Part shown: positions 19,492 to 29,136 of the stretch, piece after piece
How positions within the stretch are numbered: the first letter of the stretch is position 1
How the letters are laid out: the number at the start of each line of letters is the position of its first letter
Virus record (IMG/VR): IMGVR_UViG_3300033066_002255
Direction: 5' to 3' (one strand)
DNA: 64,000 bases
DNA from: a virus
Taxonomy: Duplodnaviria; Caudoviricetes
Made by a program: the position numbers and the translations under genes
The notes under the pieces: generated by a model
What the model saw: only the letters and a program-made list of their open reading frames with translations
What the model was told of the DNA's origin: nothing
The model's database searches: none

Positions 19492-20214
19492 ATGAGTTCA
19501 AAAAAAGTTACAATTTCTGAATTAAAAAATTATATTATTTCAGAAGCTAAAAAATTATATGATTTAGAAATCTTAAAAGAGGAAAAGCGTAAAATTGAAA
19601 AAGCTTTATCTGAAATTGATAAAAGAGCTATGAATGCTGCCAAGCAAGATATAGAAAAAGATGGCGGTAAATTTGAACCTCTTGGTAAAAATAAATTTGA
19701 AAAAAACATTGACAAAAAAGAGCTTAAAAAAGCTATGAGTCCTGAAAAAATGGAAGAAAAAGTTAATCCTTGGGCTGTTTGTCATGCTTCTACTGGTCCT
19801 GAAAAAGATAAAAAATTTGAAAAATGTGTAATGGATGTAAAAAAGAAAGAACACATAAAAGAAGAAACTCCTTCTGCAGGGCTATCTAAAAAACAAAAAT
19901 CTGATGTTGTTAAAAGTACTAAATCTGGTGAAGATATTGGAAATAAAGGTAAAGGATTTAAAGATGTTGCAGCAAAAGCAGAAAAAGAATATGGAAGCAA
20001 AGAAAAGGGAGAAAAAGTAGCAGCAGCTTCAATGTGGAAAAATATAAAACGTGAGTCCGACAATGATTCAGAGTTTAAAAAATTTAAATTTAAAATTAAA
20101 CATGATAAAGGATATATAAATATTAGTACTACTGCTACTGATTTAGAGACTGCAAAAAAGAAAATAATGAATGCAGAAGGTTGCCCAGAAAGTGCTTTAA
20201 CATATTTAGGTTAA
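19492..20214 (+). CDS. Lys-rich modular putative internal head protein
   Basis: ELKNYIISEA N-motif; short modules separated by LKE/LSE/MEE/IKE. Confidence 0.6.
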   Translation: MSSKKVTISELKNYIISEAKKLYDLEILKEEKRKIEKALSEIDKRAMNAAKQDIEKDGGKFEPLGKNKFEKNIDKKELKKAMSPEKMEEKVNPWAVCHASTGPEKDKKFEKCVMDVKKKEHIKEETPSAGLSKKQKSDVVKSTKSGEDIGNKGKGFKDVAAKAEKEYGSKEKGEKVAAASMWKNIKRESDNDSEFKKFKFKIKHDKGYINISTTATDLETAKKKIMNAEGCPESALTYLG

Positions 20215-20236
20215 TATATAAATTAAAATTTTAGAG

Positions 20237-20265
20237 AAAACCCTTGAATTTTCAAGGGTTTTTTT
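20237..20265 (+). terminator. Intrinsic terminator
   Basis: AAAACCCTTGAA-TT-TTCAAGGGTTTTTTT. Confidence 0.8.
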
Positions 20266-20319
20266 ATTGTCGTTTAGAAAACAAAAAAAAGTTTATTATT
20301 TATAATAAATTAATTATCA

Positions 20320-20988
20320 ATGATAAACGATTCAAAATACATTATACGTGAGTTTTACGCTTTCAATGCAAACCCTCAATTAATTAAAGAGGCAGAAGAA
20401 AGAGGTAAACCATTAGTTATGACTGGTATATTGCAGAAAGCAGATACAGTAAATAGAAACGGTAGAATTTACCCATTCAATATTCTTAAACGTGAAGTTG
20501 ATAAATACATGGAGCTTGTAGAAAACAATACTGCAGGTGGTGAATTAGACCACCCTGATAGTGCTGTTGTTTCTTTAGCTAATGTATCACATAGAGTTAT
20601 TGATATGTGGTGGCAAGGAACTGACCTTTATGGAAAAGTTTTAGTAGCTGAAGATGTAGAAGCTGGAAAAAAATTAAAAGGTTTATTAAAAGCTGGATTT
20701 ACTTTAGGAATTTCTTCAAGAGGTGTTGGTTCAGTTAAAAGTCAAGGAGGAAAAGATATTGTACAAGAAGATTTTGAATTAATTGCATTTGACTTTGTAT
20801 CATCTCCTTCAACTCCTGGAGCTTATTTATTTAAAGAAGGTAAAGAAGTATTTACTCGTGGAATGGTTCCTTTAAAGGCTGAACACTATAGTTTTATTAC
20901 TCCAAAAGGAGAAGAATTAAATGAAGAATACGAAAAGTATACAAAATTATTTGAATTAAGTAATAAAGATTTTTGGAAAAATCTTTAA
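20320..20988 (+). CDS. gp21: Prohead core protease (T4 gp21-like)
   Basis: NRNGRIYP, GELDHP, VSH, GISSRGVGS and DFVSSPS motifs. Confidence 0.95.
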   Translation: MINDSKYIIREFYAFNANPQLIKEAEERGKPLVMTGILQKADTVNRNGRIYPFNILKREVDKYMELVENNTAGGELDHPDSAVVSLANVSHRVIDMWWQGTDLYGKVLVAEDVEAGKKLKGLLKAGFTLGISSRGVGSVKSQGGKDIVQEDFELIAFDFVSSPSTPGAYLFKEGKEVFTRGMVPLKAEHYSFITPKGEELNEEYEKYTKLFELSNKDFWKNL

Positions 20989-21051
20989 AAAAATGCATAT
21001 AATTTCAAATTTATCAATTTTCATAATATTTATTAACAAACATCTCAGAAA

Positions 21052-22494
21052 ATGAGCGAAAAAAACAAAAAAACTCCACTTGAAGAAGCAGTCTTAAATT
21101 ATGCAGAGATACAAAAATTTGCAGAAGAACATGCTGCTGCTCAATTAAAGGAGCAAGTTTCTGAAAAAATTAAAGAAATTTTTGAAGATAAATTAAACGA
21201 AGAAATTACTATTACTATTTCTAATGATGGTGAAAATGTTGAAGTTGCTAAAGACGGAGATGTAATGTCATCAATGAATGATTTAGATAATAATATTGAA
21301 AACGGTTCAGAAGAAATGGGTCTTGAATCTCCCGAAGATAAAAATTCAGATGATGATTTAGATTCAGATGAATTTATAGTTTCAGATGAAAATGATGAGA
21401 TTTCTCTTGAAGAAGAAACTATGGAAGAAACAATTCAAAATACAAATATGGAAGAAATGAATAAAATTACAATGGAAGATGCAGCAGCACAACCAGCAGC
21501 AGCAACAACACAAACAGCTGCTCCAGTAGCAGATGCAACAGCAGCTCCAGCAGTAGACGCAGCAGCTCCAGTAGATGGAACAGAAACAGCAGCAACACCT
21601 GAAGAAGCTATGCCAGAATTGTTATCAAAACTTGATACATTAATTAATGTATTATTACAACAACAAGGTGCAGCACCTGAAAATGATGCAGCTACAGCAG
21701 GAGAAGATGGAGAATTTGAAGTAATTGATGATGAAGCAGGCGCAACAGCTCCAGCAGGTCCAGTAGCAGATGCAACAGCAACTCCAGCTCCAGCACCAAT
21801 GCAAGAAGAAGAAATTGAAATAGTTGATTTTGATGGAGATAAAGAACATGAAAATTTCATTGATGAAATGGAAAATGAAATGTTAGAAATTGTTGATGAA
21901 GATGAAGTGCCTATGGAAGGTATGTCAATGGAAGAAACAAGAGGTCTTAGCTTTACATCAAAAAGAACAGGAGACAAAACTCTTAAAATGGATACAATGA
22001 AAGATGAAAAAGGTCATCATGCACCTGTAACATCTTTAAAAGAAAATAAAGCTCAACAAGAGTCTAAAGTAGACGAGCTCATTAAGGAAAACGTTGGTTT
22101 AAAAAACACGGTTAAAGAACTTCAAAAAGATAAAAAAGATTTTGAGGTAGCTTTTATCGAACTCAGAAAACAGTTTAACGAAATGCAAAATTTTAATGGA
22201 AAGTTAGCATTAGTAAACAGAGTGTTAATGAATGGTGGACTTACAACAGAGGAAAAAGTAAGAATCTGTGAACAATTTGACCAAGCAGCAACATTTGATG
22301 AAGCAAATAAACTTTTTAAAACTATTATGAAAGAAAGCACTCACAAGGTTGCTGCAAACACAGTAGATAAATTAAAAGGAGCTTCTACTAATACTATAAA
22401 ACCTAGAAGTACATCAGAGCCTCTTTACGAAAGTGTAGAAGCAAAAAGATTAAAAAGACTTGCGGGAATCGGTAAAACTGAAGAAGAGAACTAA
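21052..22494 (+). CDS. Prohead scaffold protein (gp22 position)
   Basis: Acidic, coiled-coil C-half; lies between protease and MCP; ends RLKRLAGI. Confidence 0.75.
   Translation: MSEKNKKTPLEEAVLNYAEIQKFAEEHAAAQLKEQVSEKIKEIFEDKLNEEITITISNDGENVEVAKDGDVMSSMNDLDNNIENGSEEMGLESPEDKNSDDDLDSDEFIVSDENDEISLEEETMEETIQNTNMEEMNKITMEDAAAQPAAATTQTAAPVADATAAPAVDAAAPVDGTETAATPEEAMPELLSKLDTLINVLLQQQGAAPENDAATAGEDGEFEVIDDEAGATAPAGPVADATATPAPAPMQEEEIEIVDFDGDKEHENFIDEMENEMLEIVDEDEVPMEGMSMEETRGLSFTSKRTGDKTLKMDTMKDEKGHHAPVTSLKENKAQQESKVDELIKENVGLKNTVKELQKDKKDFEVAFIELRKQFNEMQNFNGKLALVNRVLMNGGLTTEEKVRICEQFDQAATFDEANKLFKTIMKESTHKVAANTVDKLKGASTNTIKPRSTSEPLYESVEAKRLKRLAGIGKTEEEN
21478..21800 (+). repeat. Ala/Pro/Thr low-complexity repeats in the scaffold
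   Basis: CCAGTAGCAGATGCAACAGCA occurs twice (PVADATA); GCA-rich. Confidence 0.7.
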
Positions 22495-22543
22495 AAAAAA
22501 TAAAAAAAAATAGTAAAAAATTAGAAAAAGAAAAATTTAATAC

Positions 22544-22550
22544 TATTTAT
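22544..22550 (+). promoter_or_regulatory. Putative late promoter TATTTAT upstream of MCP
   Basis: ACTATTTATTATTAA followed by an A-rich leader. Confidence 0.6.
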
Positions 22551-22582
22551 TATTAACAATTTAAAAACCAAAAAAAAACACA

Positions 22583-24241
22583 ATGAGTGAATTATTAAAT
22601 AGCGGTAAGGTTGGTCTTACAATTTTCAAAACATTAGCAGAGCAAAGAACTGCTATCATGAACAACTGGAAAGATTCTGGTTTGTTAGAAGGTTTGAAAG
22701 GAATGAAGAAATCTAACATCGCTCAGCTTTTAGAAAGCCAAGCACAATCAATGTTAAACGAGGTTACTCTTGATTCTTCTGCAGGAAGATTTGATACAGT
22801 AGCATTCCCAATCGTAAGAAGAGTTTTCTCAAGATTGTTAGCAAACGAGATTGTTTCAGTACAACCTCTTGCTTTACCTTCTGGATTATTATTCTACATG
22901 GATGCGAGAGTATCTTTCAATGGAACTGATACAACATTTAACAACCCAGTATATCCTAACTTCCCTGATAACTCAGGTGCAGGTTCTTATAGCAAAGTAG
23001 CGCCAGCTAACACTGCTAACGGACAAGCTGGTCCAGTATTCGCAGATACAACTGCATACGAAAGATTCTATAACAACAGAGGTTTCGACTTATCATTTGG
23101 TACAGGTGAAACTGCAATGGGTACAACTAATGGTGCTCTTGCAAGTACTTGGACAGGTGGTATCAAAGCGTTAAACTTCGCTTTAGGTACAGGATTTAAC
23201 GTATCAAAACAACAATCATCAGCATCTTTATATTTATCTGCTGTAACAGCGATTTATTATTCAGGTTCTAACGGTAATACTCTTATCGTAGCAGCTGGTG
23301 GAAGAGTACCTTTCTACTCTCAAATCCAAACTTGGACTCAAGACCAATTCGCTAATAACGAATTAGATGCAGTAGTTGACTTAAGAGTTAACGGTGTATA
23401 TGGTTCTGATTTCAATCCAGCGATGTTAAACAACGGTGCTGGTACATTTGGAGCATCTTACACAATCAATATGGTTCCTGCTTACCAAGTTTATAATGAC
23501 CTTGAAGCAAAATCAGAAATGGGAGAAATCACAATCAGATTCTCAAGTGTAACTGTAAATACAATTACAAGAAAATTAAGAGCACACTGGACTCCAGAAT
23601 TAGCTCAAGATTTAGAAGCTTACCATTCAATTGATGCTGAAGCTGAATTAACAGCTTTATTATCTGAGCACATTGCTGCTGAGATTGATAGAGAAATCAT
23701 CATCGAATTAATTAATGGTGCTCCTTTCAGAGCTAGATGGGATTACAAAGGGTTATCTAACAATGCTAACTTCTTCGGTACTCAAAAAGACTGGAACCAA
23801 ACTTTAATCACAAGAATTAACGAGATTTCTGCGCAAATCCACAAGGCTACTTTAAGAGGTGGTGCTAACTGGGTAGTTTGTTCTGCTGAAGCTGGTGCAA
23901 TCTTCGATGATTTAGAATACTTCCACGTGGATGGTTCTGCTCAACCAGAGTCTGAAAAATATAACTTAGGTGTTGAAAAAATTGGTAACTTAGGTTCAAG
24001 ATATGTGGTTTACAAAGACCCTTATTTACCTGCGCCAATCGTATTAATCGGTCACAAAGGTTCTACCTTCTTAGAGGCTGGTTTCATCTACGCACCTTAT
24101 ATTCCACTTCAGTTAACTCAAACAATCTATGACCCTAACGATTTAACACCAAGAAAAGGTATTATGACTCGTTACGCTAAGAAGATGGTTAACAACAGAT
24201 TCTACGGTGTTATCTACATTGATAATATCAATACTTACTAA
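22583..24241 (+). CDS. gp23: Major capsid protein (T4 gp23-like)
   Basis: VRRVF, VSVQP, RKLRAHWTPELAQDL, AEIDREII, YAPYIPL, GIMTRYA. Confidence 0.96.
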   Translation: MSELLNSGKVGLTIFKTLAEQRTAIMNNWKDSGLLEGLKGMKKSNIAQLLESQAQSMLNEVTLDSSAGRFDTVAFPIVRRVFSRLLANEIVSVQPLALPSGLLFYMDARVSFNGTDTTFNNPVYPNFPDNSGAGSYSKVAPANTANGQAGPVFADTTAYERFYNNRGFDLSFGTGETAMGTTNGALASTWTGGIKALNFALGTGFNVSKQQSSASLYLSAVTAIYYSGSNGNTLIVAAGGRVPFYSQIQTWTQDQFANNELDAVVDLRVNGVYGSDFNPAMLNNGAGTFGASYTINMVPAYQVYNDLEAKSEMGEITIRFSSVTVNTITRKLRAHWTPELAQDLEAYHSIDAEAELTALLSEHIAAEIDREIIIELINGAPFRARWDYKGLSNNANFFGTQKDWNQTLITRINEISAQIHKATLRGGANWVVCSAEAGAIFDDLEYFHVDGSAQPESEKYNLGVEKIGNLGSRYVVYKDPYLPAPIVLIGHKGSTFLEAGFIYAPYIPLQLTQTIYDPNDLTPRKGIMTRYAKKMVNNRFYGVIYIDNINTY

Positions 24242-24262
24242 TCGAAAGATAAAGTATATAAT

Positions 24263-24292
24263 AAAAAGAGAGCTCAAAAGGCTCTCTTTTTT
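24263..24292. terminator. Bidirectional intrinsic terminator
   Basis: AAAAAGAGAGC-TCAAAAG-GCTCTCTTTTTT. Confidence 0.85.
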
Positions 24293-24329
24293 ATTTTATT
24301 GGATATCCAACTATTTTACAATTTTTATC

Positions 24330-24557
24330 TTATTTAGTATTTTTTTCATCTTGCTTTATTACTTGATAAGTTGTATAAGGATAAGTAATACCTGAAAATG
24401 TTTTAGTTTCATCGCATTTTTCTGGATTATTACAAAAGTGAGGATATTGCGCTGGATATGTCATTAAAACATTGCCAGATGGCCTCATTTTTCCTATACC
24501 ACACTTATCACAAGTATAATCTACTTGAATAGTTTTTACCTCTTCTTTAATTTCCAT
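24330..24557 (-). CDS. Small Zn-ribbon-like protein
   Basis: CDKC...HFC...C. Confidence 0.65.
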   Translation of the reverse strand: MEIKEEVKTIQVDYTCDKCGIGKMRPSGNVLMTYPAQYPHFCNNPEKCDETKTFSGITYPYTTYQVIKQDEKNTK

Positions 24558-25129
24558 TATTTATCTTTTTGTTCTTTAAGTAATTTACTTATTAACTCTG
24601 TATTAGTAATAAACTCATCTCTTACTTTTAAGTTTTTATTGATTTCATCTTCAAAACGAATTCTTTTTATAGAAACAAAATTAGAATAAGCATCAATCAA
24701 ATCTCTTTTCCATTTTTTTATATCTAACGTATAAAACCTAAAACCCATATGGCCATGTAGATAACAAGGCATTTTAAAGGCGAATTCAGGAACATGCATT
24801 CCATAAATTCCAGCTGGATATTCATCATGGCTAATAGAAACATTTATGTGTCTATCATTTTTTTCACCCTTTTCAACAATATTAAAAGCAGAAATATAGC
24901 ATTTTAAGACACGATAGCCCTCTGGAAATTCAGCTGTAATTGGATATGGCTCAATACTAAATATTGAATCACCTTTTTCAAGGTCTTCAAATTTCTTTTT
25001 AAGAGGTAATTTTTTCTTTTTTTGAATAATCATTTTTTCCTCTTCTTTCTCAATATATTTAAGCCTATCTTGACATTGTTTTATGAGTGATTCCGCCTCA
25101 TATTTATTAAGCTTTTTTACACTTTTCAT
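24557..25129 (-). CDS. Hypothetical protein
   Basis: 190-aa ORF with stop/start coupled to the next gene. Confidence 0.65.
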   Translation of the reverse strand: MKSVKKLNKYEAESLIKQCQDRLKYIEKEEEKMIIQKKKKLPLKKKFEDLEKGDSIFSIEPYPITAEFPEGYRVLKCYISAFNIVEKGEKNDRHINVSISHDEYPAGIYGMHVPEFAFKMPCYLHGHMGFRFYTLDIKKWKRDLIDAYSNFVSIKRIRFEDEINKNLKVRDEFITNTELISKLLKEQKDK

Positions 25130-25168
25130 ATTCTTATTCGAAGATTTTTACTTTTATGTAAACCATAA

Positions 25169-25708
25169 TTAATATTCTGCTAATGAAAATATATTTTCTG
25201 AATACGGTTTAAGTTTTTCAGCACCATTAAGAAAGCTAAGCCCAACCATAAAATAAAAACCTGATATATTTCCCCCTTGACGTTTAATTAATTCAGCTGT
25301 AGCAGCTGCAGTTCCTCCAGTAGCCAATAAATCATCATGAATTAATACATTCATACCAGGCTCAATTGCGTCTTCATTCATTTCAATTTTACTTGACCCA
25401 TATTCAAGGTCATATTCAATACTAACTGTTTTAAAAGGAAGTTTTCCTGGCTTTCTAATGGGTATAAATGGTACTCTTAATTTATTAGCTAAAAGAAAAC
25501 CAAAGAAAAAACCACGACTTTCTGCTCCAGCAATAGCATCTACTTTAATACCTTTATTCAATATTTCAAGATATAACTGAGAAACAATGGCCTCACATAA
25601 TTCAGCATCTTTTAAAACTGGAGTAATATCCTTAAATAAAATCCCTGGTTTAGGAAAATCTTGTACATCTCTTATTGTTTCTTTAACTCTTTTTTGAAGT
25701 TCTTTCAT
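25169..25708 (-). CDS. apt: Adenine phosphoribosyltransferase
   Basis: DFPKPGILFKDITP, ESRGF, RKPGKLP, YDLEYG, DDLLATGGT. Confidence 0.95.
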   Translation of the reverse strand: MKELQKRVKETIRDVQDFPKPGILFKDITPVLKDAELCEAIVSQLYLEILNKGIKVDAIAGAESRGFFFGFLLANKLRVPFIPIRKPGKLPFKTVSIEYDLEYGSSKIEMNEDAIEPGMNVLIHDDLLATGGTAAATAELIKRQGGNISGFYFMVGLSFLNGAEKLKPYSENIFSLAEY

Positions 25709-26234
25709 TTTGTTCTTTTATTTGTCTTGTTAATTCATAAAATCTTGATAAGAATTTAGCTTTAGCTTCTTCTTGAGACCAATAAGTAAATTCTAATTTT
25801 TGATTTACATGAAATCTTTCATATTCATATTGAAGTAACTCATAATCTACCTTATGAACTCTTTCTGTAAGAGGATAGGTAAGATTATATTTTTTAAATA
25901 TAATACTCAATAGATTTTCCTCGATTTCAACATATTGAGGAATTTGCATTTTAATCGGTTTAGGTAAATCAATTAAATAAGCTTCTGAAGCATCATGCAT
26001 CAATAATTCTAATTGTTCTTGAATAGTCTTGCCTTTTAAAGAACATAAAACTGAATGTTGAGCTACAGAGTAAAATTTAGGACAATGACCTCCATATCTA
26101 CAAAGCATTGATAAAGCATGTGCTATATCATCTATTTTAATATCCTCTTCCTTTGGGGCGAAGACATCAAATAAAACTCCTGAACGAACTAAGATAGCTC
26201 TTGGGTTTAATTTTTTAGCCTCTAATAATTTCAT
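25683..26234 (-). CDS. HD-domain phosphohydrolase (YfbR/YfdR-like)
   Basis: IAHALS..CRY.GH, YSVAQHS, LMHDASEAY..D. Confidence 0.85.
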   Translation of the reverse strand: MKLLEAKKLNPRAILVRSGVLFDVFAPKEEDIKIDDIAHALSMLCRYGGHCPKFYSVAQHSVLCSLKGKTIQEQLELLMHDASEAYLIDLPKPIKMQIPQYVEIEENLLSIIFKKYNLTYPLTERVHKVDYELLQYEYERFHVNQKLEFTYWSQEEAKAKFLSRFYELTRQIKEQNERTSKKS

Positions 26235-26253
26235 AAGCTATGTGTTTGAATAA

Positions 26254-26285
26254 CAAAAGTATAAATTTATTTTGATATATGCAAA
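26254..26285 (-). promoter_or_regulatory. Bacteroidota primary-sigma promoter for the HD-apt operon
   Basis: Minus strand TTTG-N20-TACTTTTG. Confidence 0.75.
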
Positions 26286-26322
26286 AAGAGTTGTTTTTTT
26301 TTGTTATTTATATATAAAAACA

Positions 26323-26985
26323 ATGGATATCAGGCTAATAATAAGGGAAGAACTTGAAAAAATTATGAGTCCAAAGACTTCAGAAGAAGTTTTTGATAGA
26401 GATATTTCATATATAAAAGGTTTTAAACTTTTAAAAAAAGAATCTAAAAACAATTCTGATATATGGGTTTTTGAACATAGAACAAAAGATTATTTTATAA
26501 GATTTTATTTACATAAAAATAAATCTAGTAGAGAATGGACGGGCAAAATATTTGTTTATTGGAAAGAATATTCTCCTGATTTTACAAGTGCAAAAGGAAA
26601 AGATTTTGAATATGCTTTTGGTCCATTTAATTCATATAAAGAAATGATTTTTAATTTAAATAATAAATTAAAAAACAATCCTTTATTCTCAAAAGAGATT
26701 TATTTAGATGATACAGAAACACAATTCGATAATGATTCTATAGAAATGCTAAAAAGATTAATATCAATAAAAGATAAACTTTATAAAGTAAAAGATAAAA
26801 AATTTAATAAATTAAAAAAAATATATAATAAAATACACAACTTTAAAGATGATGTTCAATTTAAAGAATTTTTAAATAAAGAATACCCAAAAGAAGAAGA
26901 TAAACAAACTTTATTAATTATACTTCAAGAAATTCATCAAATAGATTTTTACTTACATAAAGAAGACTTAGAAGGTTTATTTTAA
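26323..26985 (+). CDS. Hypothetical protein (start revised to ATG 26323)
   Basis: TATTTAT at 26305-26311; begins MDIRLIIREELEK. Confidence 0.7.
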   Translation: MDIRLIIREELEKIMSPKTSEEVFDRDISYIKGFKLLKKESKNNSDIWVFEHRTKDYFIRFYLHKNKSSREWTGKIFVYWKEYSPDFTSAKGKDFEYAFGPFNSYKEMIFNLNNKLKNNPLFSKEIYLDDTETQFDNDSIEMLKRLISIKDKLYKVKDKKFNKLKKIYNKIHNFKDDVQFKEFLNKEYPKEEDKQTLLIILQEIHQIDFYLHKEDLEGLF

Positions 26986-27004
26986 CTATTTATAAATAAA
27001 AAAT

Positions 27005-27292
27005 ATGGCATTTCACAACGTAAATTACACAATGGTACCACTAACAGGTGGAACTTATACATTAGGAGACTTAGGGAATAGTATAACAGCATCTACAGTG
27101 CATGAAGTTTACTGTATTAGTGCAGGAACAATTTCAATTACTGCATTTGGAGGAGGTACTGCAACTTTACCAATGACATCTGGACAAAGCATAAAAGTTA
27201 TGCTTGGTAGTTGTACTGTAGTTTCAGGAGCTTATGTAGGATTCAAAACAAAATTTGATTCTTCTGGAATTGGTAGAATTCAATTTTCATAA
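27005..27292 (+). CDS. Small putative virion protein
   Basis: Gly/Thr/Ser-rich beta protein; TATTTAT at 26987. Confidence 0.6.
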   Translation: MAFHNVNYTMVPLTGGTYTLGDLGNSITASTVHEVYCISAGTISITAFGGGTATLPMTSGQSIKVMLGSCTVVSGAYVGFKTKFDSSGIGRIQFS

Positions 27293-27301
27293 AAATAAAA
27301 A

Positions 27302-28471
27302 ATGGGAAGTTTTTGCGCTAATGGCTGTTTAACTGGAATGACTACTTCGGAGCAAGTAGCACTTTACAAGAGAATAAGATATTTTCTTGGTGAGCCTGTT
27401 ATGGGAGTAGAGCTTGTAGATGAACAAATAGAAACTGCTATTTGTATTGCAATAGAAGAATACTCAAGTTATATAAACAACTGGGTAATGCAAAATAGAT
27501 TAGGAGAGATGTTAGGTCTTCCCTCTGAAATTGATTTTACATTAAAATATGTTTCTAATAGTCTTTATTTTGAAAAATCTTATGCTACATCATTTGGTGA
27601 ACAAGTAGGATTAGGAGCTAATAGTATTAGAGAAATTAAAACAGGAAGAATTACTCTTAGCGCTGGTACACAAGATTATTATTTGCCTGCTGGAATAGAA
27701 GTTGATAGTGTACTTTGGTTTACACCAAGTTTTATTAATTTATTTGGTTTAGACCCTTTTTCAAATTCAAATATTGCATTTACAGAATTTGGAGCTTCAT
27801 TTGCAGGTCATACATTATATCATGTAATGCCTGTGTTTGATACTATTTTAACAGCTCAAGCTGCTGAATTACGTAACAGAGTAAGAGGTTCAGAATATTC
27901 TTATATTTTAAGAGGTGGTCCAAATGGACAAAGACTTTTAAAATTATTTCCTGTGCCACAACCTGGAAACTCAACTGCTTCAGCTGGAGGTACAGGAACT
28001 CCTGGAACTTTATTTTATACTTATTATGATACTGTAAGTTTATATAGTGGAAATACTGCAAACCCAGGATTTACAGGATATACACAAGCACAAATTGATG
28101 CTGGATTTCAGGGTAACGGATTGGTATCTTCTCCTGCTGATGTTCAATTAAATTTTATTAGTTATAATCAATTAAATGATACTGCCAAAAGATGGGTTAA
28201 AAGATATGCCCTTGCATTATGTAAGGAAATATTAGGTCTTGGGGTTAGAGGTAAATTTAATGGACAATTGCCTATACCTGGAGCTGATTTAACTTTAAAT
28301 AAAGACGATTTAATTAATACAGGTAGAGAAGACCAAGAAAAATTAATGACTGAATTAAAAGAGCAACTTGCTGAATTATCTTATGATAAGATAATGGAAA
28401 AAAGAGCTGCTGTACAAGAAGCTATTAATAAAAATCTTGGATATGGTCCTTCGGGAATTTATGTTTTTTAA
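27302..28471 (+). CDS. Neck / head-tail adaptor (T4 gp13-like)
   Basis: LG.PV..VEL.DEQI N-terminus; WVKRYALALCKEILG..RGKF..LP.PG..LTLN. Confidence 0.85.
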   Translation: MGSFCANGCLTGMTTSEQVALYKRIRYFLGEPVMGVELVDEQIETAICIAIEEYSSYINNWVMQNRLGEMLGLPSEIDFTLKYVSNSLYFEKSYATSFGEQVGLGANSIREIKTGRITLSAGTQDYYLPAGIEVDSVLWFTPSFINLFGLDPFSNSNIAFTEFGASFAGHTLYHVMPVFDTILTAQAAELRNRVRGSEYSYILRGGPNGQRLLKLFPVPQPGNSTASAGGTGTPGTLFYTYYDTVSLYSGNTANPGFTGYTQAQIDAGFQGNGLVSSPADVQLNFISYNQLNDTAKRWVKRYALALCKEILGLGVRGKFNGQLPIPGADLTLNKDDLINTGREDQEKLMTELKEQLAELSYDKIMEKRAAVQEAINKNLGYGPSGIYVF

Positions 28472-28489
28472 TTTTTTAATTTATAAAAG

Positions 28490-29056
28490 ATGTCTGACTT
28501 TAACGAAATAGGATTAAATCCTGAAAATATGGATGCTGCTGAGGCAAAGCCAAAAGGTATTGAATTGTTTTTCGGTTCAAAAGAAAGAGCTTTTTTTACA
28601 AATGCAGGAAGAGAAATTACTGAAGGTATATTAAAAGAGAGTTTTTTACTTTATAGAATTGACCTTGAAAAGACACAAACAGATTTTTATGGTCAAGCTA
28701 AGAAAAAAGTTTGGCTTCCTGAAATAGAAATTTTTGGTAGAATTAATGTAGAAGTTCAAGACCCAAAATATGTTACTAAAGGAGCAATAGAAAAGAAAGG
28801 TATGGGTAATATTACTGCTCATATTTATTTAGACCAATTGGAAGAGCTTGGTTTAATTACAAAACAACAAAACACTAATGTTATTGTAAGTGGAATTAAG
28901 ATGGGCCATTTCATTGCTTATAAAGGACAATTTTATAAGATTATTGATGATGGATATTCTCAAATATCTAATGAGTTTTCATGGGGTGGAGATAGAAGAT
29001 TCTTTATTACAATCAAAGGTGTTGAGGTTGATGAAGATATATTCCAAGGCCGTTAA
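28490..29056 (+). CDS. Head closure / neck protein (gp14-like)
   Basis: Follows the gp13-like gene; LYRIDL..T..DFYG pattern. Confidence 0.6.
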   Translation: MSDFNEIGLNPENMDAAEAKPKGIELFFGSKERAFFTNAGREITEGILKESFLLYRIDLEKTQTDFYGQAKKKVWLPEIEIFGRINVEVQDPKYVTKGAIEKKGMGNITAHIYLDQLEELGLITKQQNTNVIVSGIKMGHFIAYKGQFYKIIDDGYSQISNEFSWGGDRRFFITIKGVEVDEDIFQGR

Positions 29057-29136
29057 GATGTAAGTTAAGGGTTTTATACCTATTTGGCGTTACTCTCTTA
29101 TAATTAAAAGATTACTTTATATTAAAATATATTGTT

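Noticed and set aside
25683-26234. DatZ / Z-genome system
   Set aside because: The HD protein fits the generic YfbR/YfdR type and no purZ is present in the window, so the call cannot be supported.
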